Positions 38,348 to 50,644 of a stretch of DNA of 64,000 bases are shown piece after piece. Under the pieces are notes generated by a model. It saw only the letters and a program-made list of their open reading frames with translations, ran no database searches and was not told where the DNA came from. Positions within the stretch are counted from its first letter, which is position 1. Each line of letters begins with the position of its first letter. The position numbers and the translations under genes are program-made. Source of the stretch: Eledone cirrhosa (Eukaryota); contig OZ024741.1 of assembly GCA_964016885.1 (NCBI GenBank), positions 365,614,001-365,678,000 of the forward strand. Direction: 5' to 3'.

Positions 38348-38465
38348 AAGGCGAGTGGCTGAGTGGTTAGAGTATTGGATTCACAATCGTGAGGTTGTGA
38401 GTTCGATTCCTGAACCAGGCGATGCGTTATGTCCTTGAGCAAGACACTTTATTTCACGTTGCTCC
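38344..38465 (+). mobile_element. 5' part of tRNA-derived SINE
   Basis: TGGCTGAGTGG A-box, GTTCGATTCC B-box, TGTCCTTGAGCAAGACACTTTATTTCAC. Confidence 0.8.
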
Positions 38466-38564
38466 TTCTACCTGGAGTTGCGACCGATAGATAGTATTAG
38501 CAATTGGAAAGACCAACGGAAACATAGTTTCCTCGGTCCGATTTGACGAAAGTCGATCGACTAG

Positions 38565-38614
<50 letters not shown>

Positions 38615-38685
38615 TATGAAGAGAGAAGAAACATTTAGATATAATTAGTAATAAAATGTATCATACCTAAACTGCTCCTAAGTGC

Positions 38686-38775
38686 TCCTCTTGATAAGTC
38701 GGCAGACCTCGCAAGGACTCTATATCTTTATGATATATTGTTTTTGTTTATGCCACGAAACTACGTAGTCGAGGA
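38686..38775 (+). ncRNA. Type I hammerhead ribozyme, U3-A8 core variant
   Basis: TCCTC-TTGATAA-GTCGGCA...TGCCAC-GAAA-CTACGTAG-TC-GAGGA: perfect stem I, palindromic stem III, GUC site at 38768-38770. Confidence 0.8.
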
Positions 38776-39007
38776 ATTTAGGAGCAGTTTAGGTATGATA
38801 CATTTTATTACTAATTATATCTAAATGTTTCTTCTCTCTTCATAATGTATTTTTAACTCTGATACTGGTTCAGTCTAGTTCAACTGAATTGGTCTGTCCC
38901 AGTCATTCATTGAGCAACATTGGTGAAGTTGGCACCCTTAACTCACAGTTGGGTGCGGATGCATTCATGTATATATGTGTGTGTCCGCATGTATCTGTGT
39001 GTTTCTA

Positions 39008-39095
<88 letters not shown>

Positions 39096-39556
39096 TGTAT
39101 ATATATTTGTATGTAGTTGGTTGTTTGTGTGTGTGTGTCTGTATTATGGTTTTGTATGTATATGCATATACAGTTTTTTAATGCTTACTTTTATTGATTA
39201 TTTGCTGCAGGAAGTGTTGAGTGCTCTTAATCAGCTATAAACATTTATACCTTTATTTGTTTTTGTCTTATGCCCTACTATTTGAATACCCCTTCCTTCG
39301 CTTTATTTTTATGTTGTGTATGTATGTATGTATATATATGTGTATATGTATATGTATATAAGCAAATTATATATATATGTATGTATATATGTATATATAT
39401 GTGTATATATGTATGTGTATATTTATATATAAGCATAAGATTGAAAATAAATTTTTATGTATTTCTTTTATATATATATATATGTATATATGTGTATATG
39501 TGTGTATGTATGTATGTGTGTATATATATATGTGTATATGTGTGCGTGTATGTATG

Positions 39557-39587
<31 letters not shown>

Positions 39588-39652
39588 ATGTGTCTAGGCG
39601 TGTATATGTGTGTATATATATATATGTATATATGCATTTACATATATATATG

Positions 39653-39692
<40 letters not shown>

Positions 39693-40042
39693 TATATATG
39701 TGTGTGTGTGTATGCGCGCGCGCGCGTGTGTGTGTGTGGGTGTGGGTGTGTGTGTGTGTGGGTGTGTGTGTGTGTGTATGTGCGTGCGTGTGTACGTACT
39801 TATGCATATGTAACTTTATAGTTTTTATATTTGTGTTTTACCTTTAAGAAATGTTTACACTATATGTGTGTATGTGGTTGTATGCATTTATGTGTGCGTG
39901 TATATGAATTTGTATGTATATATTCTTTTGTGTCGATGCTGTGTTTATATGTATGAGCTGTGCTTGTATATTTATATGTATGCGTATGTGTGTGTGTATA
40001 TGTGTGTGTGTGTATATGTATATATATGTGTGTGTGTATGTC

Positions 40043-40133
<91 letters not shown>

Positions 40134-40939
40134 ATATATATATATATCTTTTTATATATTTAAAGGTTAACAAGGTTCAATGAATAAATCAAAGAATGAG
40201 TTTTACAATAGATTGGAAACACTCAACAGTTTGGTTTTCCGTAGTTATTAATATTAATTCAAAATATTAACAAAAATAGGCATTCGTGTGATGAAGTATA
40301 TTTTATTATACTTATTTAAGAGGTACTGAGCTATCTTCAACAGTACGTCCTCATCAGATAAAATAAGATGACTTAGTAGATGGTTAAGATTCAGTCATGG
40401 TAGTGAATATGATATGACAAGACTCAATATTTATATACCTTAAGATTGAGACATGAAAACATTTACATATAATAGAGAGGGTGCGTGTGAGAAAGCTGAA
40501 AAATACATAATAGCAATTTACATAACTGTTAGAGATTCAAATAATTTAAATTATTGAAGAAAGAAGAAAGAGAGAAGAAAGACAAAGAGAAACAGATGAG
40601 AAAAATATATAGTTACTAGAAGTATAGAAAACAAAATAGAATTGATCAAGGATAGAGAGACAAAGAGGAATAATTGTTATAGTATAAAGCATAGATAAAT
40701 ACATGAATATACATTTGGGCATAGCTCTGTGAAAGAGTAAACTCGAATCCTTGAATTATCTAGAAATATCCATCAATCTAAATATTAAATATATCTGGGT
40801 GTAATTATATGAGGGTTTAATTCCGAGTCCTTAGTTAATTAGAAATATACTAACAATTAATTATATACACTATATATATCCAAACGTATCCGGCTGACCG
40901 TTACATTTCGAATTCTTTATGTTAGTTCAGAATAATGAA

Positions 40940-42135
40940 TTTATCTGAAGGTATAATATTTCAGGCTATAAAAGTTTATAAATATCTATATTAATATTAA
41001 AGTAAACTAACATATTTAATTCATAAAATCATATTTAAAGTATTTGCAAAAATGAGAAAGAAACTTAGTATTTTCATCCACACGAAGGTAATCCATATTA
41101 AATTATATTATCTTATATTATTTTCCTATAGTAACATAATTCTCATTATATAATTAAGAAAATAATTACAGTTATAACTTAAAAAATTTAAAATTAACAA
41201 TTAGAATTCCCTAAATATCTAAAGGCCTTATAATTAAACTTAAAAAAGGTATTATTAACTTAGATATATGCATTTGTCTAAATATATACAAATAATAAAT
41301 TGTCTAAAGTTCAAGACGATATTAGTCAGTTATGCATAACATAATATAATATAATATAATAAATAAGTTACTCTTAATATTGTTAAAATTAAGGCTTTAG
41401 ATCAACTATTATATTAGGATCATGTAATATATATATATTATAAAAGTTTTCATGAATCATAAGGATAAGAACCAGATTCAAAATAAATAAGTAAATTGTT
41501 TGCGATCATATAAGTGCCAAATATTTAAGCTATATAATTTAAAAATACAAGAACATTTTTAAGGATCTATGTAGTAGTATAGTATCATATTTAAAGTGTT
41601 TGCAAACATGAGAAAGAGAAAACTTAAGATTTTCATCGACCCGAAGGAAACCCGAATTTAATTAAATTTAAAAAATAATAATCGTTATATAATTTAGAAA
41701 ATATTTAACAATTATAACACTAGAATGTCCTTAAGTATCTAAAGTACTTATAAATGTAGCTAGAAGCCCGTTATTAAACCAGATATTCACATTTGTCCAA
41801 ACATATACAGAGTATTCTGTTCGGAACTCAAGACGATATTAGTGATCCATATACAAATAATAAATAAATAATAAAATCATTGTTAGTAAAGTTATAATTG
41901 AAGTTTAACATCAAGTTAAGTGGAAAAAGTTTGTCGACTAGGATCGTGTACGACGCATATACCATACATATATATAAACAAATATAAATATATAAATCAA
42001 ACATCCTGAATCTTAAAACTAACATACTCCAAAAGAATAAATACATAAATACATAAAAGCATGAATTGTTTACGGTTCATTACAACTGTCAACCATATAA
42101 GCTATATATTTTAAAAAATACAAGAATTCCAATGT
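40940..42135. repeat. Diverged AT-rich direct repeat, ~560-570-bp period
   Basis: TATTTAAAGT.TTTGCAAA.ATGAGAAAG at ~41032 and ~41589; TCAAGACGATATTAGT at ~41311 and ~41828; AAGCTATATA...AAAATACAAGAA at ~41527 and ~42099. Confidence 0.75.
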
Positions 42136-42281
42136 AATTAAATGTATCTACACAATATTATTTGTCTGTGTGCATATGTATCCTTTTATATGTGAGTACG
42201 TATGCATATGTTTATATATATGTGTGTATGTAATGTATGTGTGTGTGTGTATGTATGTATGTGTATGTGTATATATATATG

Positions 42282-42318
<37 letters not shown>

Positions 42319-42456
42319 GTATGTGTTGGTGTGTTTTTGTATGGATATGTATATATATATATATGTATGTGTGTGTATATGTGTCTGTGTATATATATGT
42401 GTATATATGTGTATATATGCGTGTATATATGTATATATATATGTATATATATCTAT

Positions 42457-43057
42457 GTCAGGTCACCAGTTGGTGCTACTGGTAACATGTATCCCAGTAC
42501 AACCTGTCCCATGGTCGGGTCGTTGGCGACTAAACTGGCAACCCCACCAAGGTTTCTTGGTGAGGAGGGTGACTTTGGACATCCTGCAGGACTAAAAACA
42601 AAACCTGCCAAAGGAGCTCTTAAGAGTCAATGGCCATCCAAAATCACCGGGAGAGATGACCCCTTAGCCTTTGTCAAGGCAGAATTCTAAGAGAAGGAAA
42701 ACTCTGATATAACACCTGCAACCCTGATGGTATCCAATGATGTTGACTTATTCTTCTTTTTGGTAAATATCATCTTGGTTAAGAGAGTGGGACTGGCTTT
42801 GTGCAGTGCCTTTGCTCACTATAAAAGCTTCACGGCACAGGCATTGCTTTATATCTGGAGATCTCTCTACACTTGTCGTCACATGGTACCAAAGGCCCAA
42901 CACTATGTGTCAATAATTGTCACAGGTGTAGTGTTTGTACCAGAGTTTTCAAGTCGCTGGCTGGACTAAAAGTCACACTTGTTTAGCGCATCGGTAGGGG
43001 TTCTCCTACATGGATATAAAGTAGTGGCCGTACTCGAAAACGAGTTGGCAGCCACCA
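42457..43057 (+). mobile_element. ~600-bp insertion resembling an RTE-type LINE 5' leader
   Basis: Absent from the inverted paralog at 26072-26815. Contains GAGAAGGAAAACTCTGA, which I recall from RTE 5' UTRs (not verified). Confidence 0.5.
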
Positions 43058-43168
43058 TATATGTATATATGTGTGGATATGTGAGTATATATATTTCCTC
43101 CAGCCTCACTTTCATATCTGTTACATTTTTTTTTTAAAATCCACTGTCAATAAAGACACCAGGATTTG

Positions 43169-43226
43169 TTCATTCTGATGAATGAAAGCAATTTTGGTTG
43201 CTTTCAAGAAACCACCGGTAAAGGAA
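43169..43226 (+). ncRNA. Minimal type I hammerhead motif
   Basis: TTCATT-CTGATGA-A-TGAAAGCAA-TTTTGG-TTGCTTTCA-A-GAAA-CC-ACC-GG-TA-AAGGAA. Merging it with the 26104 copy (AATTAA) restores stem I TTCATT/AATGAA. Confidence 0.7.
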
Positions 43227-44029
43227 ATAATTATCTTATGTTGTTTATTACATAACTATATATATATATATAGTTGTGTATAATGGTAGCTATGGTACTT
43301 CCATAGGCGGTATGCCAAAATTAGCACTCAATATTCAGCAGAGTCGAGTGTAGATAGTATAAAGAAAACAAAAAATCAGTGATTCATCTGGACTTAATTT
43401 ATTGCGTGTTACAATTGTTACGGTGGCAGGTAGCTCGAGACATGGTCCCTGTATGGATCTGGCCGATTCTACTGCTGCAGGTTCTTTCAGACACGGGTAT
43501 TTCGTTCGGAGCAAATTTTATCACTGGGGTGTTATCATAAAAAAACACCCTAAAAAAACCTCCTCCACTCATGTAATGCCATTGGCTGTTTTTACTCCAC
43601 GTCATCACAAGTTATGGTCAGTATTTACTGCCACACGGGTCATCAGCCATTTTCCGTCCGTCACACTTCAATGGAGTCATGCTGGGTACAGCATCTTAAA
43701 CGTCTGTTCACAATCCAGAGTAAGTACCCACACACACACGAATATACACACACATATAGACACACATGCAGACACAGACACATTCGTGCATACACACACG
43801 TACGCCTACATGCGTAGACACACACACCTCCACATACATACATATATGTATATATATACACACACGCTCTCCCTCACTTCCACGGACCCAGTCACAACCA
43901 CCTGTAGATACACATCGCCACAAGTCTTATAACAGCTGCTTAAGTCGCGCCATATATCCGGTCGCACACATACATACAAAATACACATACGTACACAAAA
44001 TTAAATATACACATACATACACACACACA

Positions 44030-45310
44030 TAGTCACGGTTCTGGGACAGCAGAGGTAGTAACGGTTCTGGGACAGCATTCCTCACCATATGAGATGTCAT
44101 CTGGTGTACCACAGGGATCTGTTCTTGGCCCCCTTTTGTTTGTGGCATATATTAATGACATAGATGTCAACTTAAGGAATGCCACAGTACTAAAGTACGC
44201 AGACGACATCAAGCTGTACCTTGAGATAAAAAGGACAGATCCTGAACACTATAGATCTTGCTTGCAGTCTGACCTGGACACAATGCAACAGTGGATCTCA
44301 GACTGGCAACTCAAGCTAGCTGTGGACAAGTGCACCACCATGCATTTTGGGAGTAAAAACCCAGCGTCCACATACTCCCTCCACAGCACTAATATCAATA
44401 AGTCTTCCTGTGAACGTGACCTGAGCATTACGGTCAGCAGCGATTTGCGTTGGACGAGGCACGTCTCTAAAATTGTCAAGGGGGCCGAGGGTGTCTTAGC
44501 ATCACTCAGCAAGACCTTTGTCAGCCGCTCTCCAGATATCTATTTAAGGCTGTATACAGCTATGGTGCGACCACACTTAGAATTTGCATCACCAATCTGG
44601 AACCCCTATCTTGCTCAGGACATTGACCGCCTGGAAACTGTTCAGAGACATGCAACCAAGCAAATACCCTCCATCAGGCATCTACCATACTCTGAGCGCC
44701 TTGCTTCCCTGGGCATGGATTCATTGAAGCTCCGACGCCTTGCAACTGACTTGGTAAACACCCACAAAATTGTTAACCATGTTGCAAACAACGACCCTGA
44801 GTACCTTTTCGAATTCCATGTGTCTAACACATGTGGACATGCCCACAAAGTAAGAAAACAGCACAGTTCCCATGACTTTCGGAAACATTTTTTCACGCTC
44901 AGAGTAGCTGAAGGATGGAACAAACTACCTGCATCAGTTGTTAGCTGTCGAGACACTGCATCCTTTAAGGCCTCCATGCTTCCCGAGATCCGCCAACAGA
45001 ACAGCTAACACATACACACATGTACTTCCCTGACATTTGTGTATTATCGGTGGATTGGCAGTATCGGTAAGAGTCGGACGCCATGCTTTGAAGCATAGAG
45101 TTACCTCCCTTTATGATCTGAGTTCAAATCCCGCCGAGGTTAACTTTGCCTTTCATCCTTACGGGGTCGATAAAATAAAGTACCAGTAATGAACTGGAAT
45201 AATTGCTGGCCTTGTGCCAAAAGTAGAAACAATTATTCTATGTACTATATTGACGAGTTGTAGTGCACCTGAGCAATTTACACAATAATTTCATTATTAT
45301 TTTTATTATT
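44030..45310 (+). mobile_element. 5'-truncated CR1/L2-group LINE, 3' UTR interrupted by a SINE
   Basis: ORF 44094-45008 SGVPQGSVLGPLLF..YINDI..YADDIKL..VRPHLEFASPIWNP..RKHFFTLRVAEGWNKLP. The tail ends in (ATT)n near 45295-45312. Confidence 0.88.
45048..45237 (+). mobile_element. Nin/Deu-like tRNA SINE
   Basis: Near-full copy of 3513-3705 with GAGTTCAAATCC B-box. Confidence 0.82.
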
Positions 45311-45629
45311 ATTATATACAAAAACACAACCTAACATGCATACGCACACCCACACATATACATACATATGCATACACACATGCAGACATATATACATCTA
45401 CATATGCATACGCACACGTGCTGCCACATACAGACACCTGCACATATGCATATTTGCTTACACATACATGTGCTTCCACATATACATATATAAACAAACC
45501 CGTAAATTAAAAATACAGTATATAATAAAAAACACAATATATCATAAAATAACGGTAAAATATAAAATATAAAATATAAAATATAAATTATAAAATATCA
45601 ATATATTATGCAATATGATATATATATCC

Positions 45630-45704
<75 letters not shown>

Positions 45705-45709
<5 letters not shown>

Positions 45710-46357
45710 GCAGTTTAGGTATGATACATCTTATTACTAATTATATCTAAATGTTTCTTCTCTCTTCATAATGTACTTTTAGCTCTGATACTGGTTCAGT
45801 CTAATCCATTCGGATTGGTTTGTCCCAGTTATTCATAGAGCAACATCGGTTAAGGTTGGCACCATTAACTCAAGGATGGATGTGGATATATTCATGTATA
45901 TGTGTGTGTCCGCATGTATCTGTGGGTTTCTCAATATATTGTTCATAACTCCCTCTGGTCGAGTAATCTTTGAAGTGTAGTGACTGCTGGAAAGCTGCCA
46001 TTACTCATACTTGTCCACTCCTTAACCACCTCTTCTACGGCTTCGATATAAATACCTCCTCCGCCTCCGTGGTATTTTTTTCGGGGTTATAAGGGGCTTA
46101 GCTCTGTTTCTTGACCGTTGTATCACGTGACTGTCTCCCCCTCCGCCTTTTGGGATTCTTTCTCACATCATATAGACGCGTTCTTGAGGCTAGTAAAACG
46201 AGGTATCCTCTTGATAAGTCGGCAGACCTCGCAAAGGCTCTATATCTATATGATGTATTGTTTTTGTTTATGCCACGAAACTACGTAGTCGAGGAATCTA
46301 GAAGCAGTTTAGGTATGATACATCTTATTAATAATTATATCTAAATGTTTCTTCTCT

Positions 46358-46359
<2 letters not shown>
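45705..46359 (+). mobile_element. Non-coding ~594-bp HHR-bearing unit with ~60-bp terminal direct repeat (retrozyme- or PLE-like)
   Basis: TAGAAGCAGTTTAGGTATGATACATC... at 45705 and 46299, HHR at 46206-46295, flanked by (TA)n. Same family as 38590-39010. Confidence 0.75.
46206..46295 (+). ncRNA. Type I hammerhead ribozyme, U3-A8 core variant
   Basis: Same fold as 38686-38775; differences are confined to the stem II loop. Confidence 0.8.
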
Positions 46360-46398
<39 letters not shown>

Positions 46399-46603
46399 TA
46401 CATATACACACATGTACACACATTCATACATACATATACGGATATATCCAAAGGATATATGAGAAAGTAATACAAAAAGAATAATAGTAATAAAATGCAT
46501 ATATACTCCATATATAATCATCCTTACACATTCCTGTGAGATGCACATAAACACATACATGTATGCACACATATATATGCCCACATATGCATACACCCGC
46601 ACC

Positions 46604-46665
<62 letters not shown>

Positions 46666-46910
46666 TATACACACTTACGCACCCACACACACACATCTAC
46701 TCATGCTTGGCTATACGTACATACGCACACATATATAGACATACATTCATATATATATTCATATATACACACATATATATATATATATACATACATACAC
46801 ACACACTCTGCCACATATTTACATACATGCACCTGTCTGCACATACACGCGCTCATAGGCTCATGCATACACGCACCCATGCCCATATACACACACCCCG
46901 TACACACCCA

Positions 46911-46965
<55 letters not shown>

Positions 46966-47747
46966 CTACACACACACACACATGCATATACCTACGCACA
47001 GGTCTACACATAAAAACACGCGAATATAAACATAATAGTATAATAAAATAAAATAAAATAAAATAAATAAATAAATCTAAAATATTTAGGATACACTAAA
47101 ATCTGTATGTAACTTCATAAATAGGTACATAAAAAAGGGGTTAAATAAAAAAAACAAGGGGGAGGTACAGGAGAAGGTGCGTGTATCCATGTGATATACT
47201 ACACACAGGTAGTATGAGGTGCAAACTTGTGTCCGTATATAGAACAGGCAACAGTAACAGAACAATAATAGATCAATAATGACAGTAATAATCACTGTTC
47301 CAAAGTGTAATAAGAGGAGAGCATATAGTCACGATTGACGGGGTACACATTCAAGAGGACACCCGGCCCGGTCGCCATGGGGCATGGCACCGTAGCTGGG
47401 GTCTGCTGTTCTATATGTTTGGGGCATCGGACCGGGTGGCACTGGGCCCCGTGTTAGCCGGTCCCGGCCCATGCGATGTATCTTCCAAAGTTGTGGGCTC
47501 GGTTAAGTGCGACCCTGGTTTACATATGTTAGCCTCACGGTTCGCACACCGTCGTCTGATGATAACACCCCAGTGATACCATTTGCTCAGAACGAAATAC
47601 CCGTGTCTGAAAGAACCTGCAGCAGTAGAATCAGCCAGCTCCATACAGGGACCTTGTCTCGAGCTACCTGCCGGCGCAATAAATTAAGTCCAGATGCATC
47701 ACTGATTTTTCGTTTTCTTTATACTATATATATATATAGAGAGAGAG

Positions 47748-47793
<46 letters not shown>

Positions 47794-47829
47794 ATATACA
47801 CGGGTGTGTATGATTGTGTATAGAAGATT

Positions 47830-48350
47830 ATATTAATAAAAGGAATTCCAACTTTGTCTGATTTACTCGTTTTATTTACAATCCTTTAACATTTATAATG
47901 GTATTACAATGAAATAGTATGGTAGAATATTAAATGTTAAGTGTTAATTGAACAAGTACTTTCATGCTTTCGCAATCTTCAGGTTCATAATGTGTGGTGA
48001 CAGTCAAGTTTGCAATTTTCAACTGACAGTTGAAAATTGCAAACTTGACTGTAGAATATTAAATGTTAAGTGTTAATTGAACAAGTACTTTCATGCTTTC
48101 GCAATCTTCAGGTTCATAATGTATGGTGACAGTCAAGTTTGCAATTTTCAACTGACAGTTGAAAATTGCAAACTTGACTGTCACCACACATTATGAACCT
48201 GAAGATTGCGAAAGCATGAAAGTACTTGTTCAATTAACACTTAACATTTAATATTCTACCATACTATTTCATTCTAATACCATTATAAATTTTAAAGGAT
48301 TGTAAATAAAACGAGTAAATCAGACAAAGTTGGAATTCCTTTTATTAATA
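47830..48350. repeat. Fold-back element with duplicated palindromic centre and three minimal hammerheads
   Basis: 47830-48050 is the reverse complement of ~48130-48350. Near-perfect palindrome CAGTCAAGTTTGCAATTTTCAACTG-A-CAGTTGAAAATTGCAAACTTGACTG at 48001 and 48130. Confidence 0.92.
48194..48232 (+). ncRNA. 39-nt minimal hammerhead (also on minus strand at 47949-47987 and 48078-48116)
   Basis: TGAAC-CTGAAGA-T-TGC-GAAA-GCA-T-GAAA-GTAC-TT-GTTCA. Confidence 0.72.
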
Positions 48351-48400
48351 TATATATATATACACATATATATATATTTATATATATATGTATATATATG

Positions 48401-48540
<140 letters not shown>

Positions 48541-48541
48541 C

Positions 48542-48658
<117 letters not shown>

Positions 48659-48691
48659 GGTGTGTGTGGGTGTATATATATATACATACTA

Positions 48692-49010
48692 ACTAGCCGA
48701 ATTACCTGCGCCTTGTTGCGTTTCAGACATTTGTTTGTAAGAAAATAATGATTGATTTTAAATCAATGATATAATTTATGGAGAAAGAATAAAGGGAAAA
48801 TGTTAAAAATCTAGATGCATTAAGTAATACATTTTTTTGTCAAAATTCTAGTGATGTTTTGCCATAGATAAAATGTTTTACTATAAAAGAGAAGTGCTTT
48901 TTTTGTTGATTTATGTTTAATTAATAGAAAAACCCCGTGATAATAGAGGTTCCAATACTCAAGTTATGGGCTTCCCCGCCCGCACACACATTCATATTTA
49001 TATCGATATG
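48692..49010 (+). mobile_element. Decayed non-autonomous Helentron/HINE-like element
   Basis: Starts ACTAGCCGAATTACCTGCG and ends ACACACATTCATATTTTATATCGAT, parallel to 60520-61034. Confidence 0.45.
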
Positions 49011-49794
49011 ATAGTCGATACTCAGAGAACTGCATACGTGAATCTTATCTAATCTTCGCCGGGGTGTATAATGATAAGATATGGCTATGTGCTATGGCAT
49101 TATGTAAATAAATATAACATTTTCAAACACGTATGTCATTTAATTTGATTAAAATATTGATTCCGAGATAAATAGAATTCCTTTCACAAGTTGTCTGTTG
49201 GAAATATTTACAAAAGACTGTATAAGAAAAATTCGTGTCACATGGAACTTTCGTATACAAATTCTTCTTTCATGATTTCATTTTTTCTGAGAAAATTATA
49301 CTCATCTACACACACACTCACATGCACGCACTCACCGAAACAAACATGCACTCACACACACACACACACCCACAACCCAAACACACACACACACATATAT
49401 ATATATATCAAATAAAGCAAGGAAGTAAAGAACTCGCGTTAATCCCTGTAATTTAATGAACTCAAAGAAATTCTTTCCGAGCTCTTCAAAATATATAGGA
49501 GAGAATACACAAAAAGAACGTGTTTTCATTACAGGGTGTATATTACCACTAGAGTGAAAAAAATAAAAACTGCGACAGGCACAGGAAATACATTATAATT
49601 AAACAGATTAATTAAAACGTAAAACATACCTTCATAAGTATGACACCTGTACAGTCCCATGGAATGATTGTTTCTCTAAATATTGCCAGAATCACATACT
49701 TCATAGATCATCAGCAAGCGTTTTATAAATGTGCCTTGCACGTCTAAATATAAATTACGTAACTAGCCGTCAGCACGGGGTGAGAGAAAATGAA

Positions 49795-49867
<73 letters not shown>

Positions 49868-49871
49868 TATA

Positions 49872-50411
49872 CTTGGCGAGGCAATAAATTCTTTAGAATA
49901 ACCCATTAAATGAAGATGCACATATTGAGACTAAAATTTATTTATTCTGCAAAACATAATCTCCATTGAATGCAATAACATATTTACAGTGTTTATGCAA
50001 AGCATTTAACTCTTTCTGGAACCGTTCTTTCGGTAAATGTCGAAACCAACGCAACGATTCAGCTACCACCTCTTCTAATGAAGCGAAAACAAATTTACAA
50101 AGATGTTGCTTTAATAACTTGAACACACAACGATCGCACACATTTAAGTCGGGACTACAGAATGAATATTTGATCATTGCTAATCGTCTCCTCTGGAAAA
50201 AGTCCTTTGTGGATTGAGCAGTTCGATGCGTGTATTATAAACTCATAAGAATGGCATCCAAATAATTATGTATTGCGCTGTGACAAAATACAGCATTTAT
50301 ATAGAATATCACACGCATACAACAAAGTTCAAATTCAAACTAATATTAACTACATTTACTGCTATATACGGCACACAGACTACTATTGCAAAGACTTCAT
50401 TGGCACGCTAA

Positions 50412-50412
<1 letters not shown>
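49872..50412 (-). mobile_element. Internally deleted Tc1/mariner DNA transposon
   Basis: ORF 49938-50177 has SPDLNVCD...NGDYV, the mariner transposase C-terminus. Imperfect TIRs CTTGGCGAGGCAATAAATTCTTTAGAATA / TATTGCAAAGACTTCATTGGCACGCTAAG with TA flanks. Confidence 0.82.
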
Positions 50413-50458
<46 letters not shown>

Positions 50459-50597
50459 ACAAAGGAATTGTGGACCGTAACGCACCAGAGTACTCAATAC
50501 TTAGGGTAGTAAAGTGTGAAATAGGAAAAAGTATGACCGTGAGTCCAGAAATAGCCGTCGAAACGGCTTGAGCTCTGCCGTCGGGGTCATACCTTTT

Positions 50598-50644
<47 letters not shown>

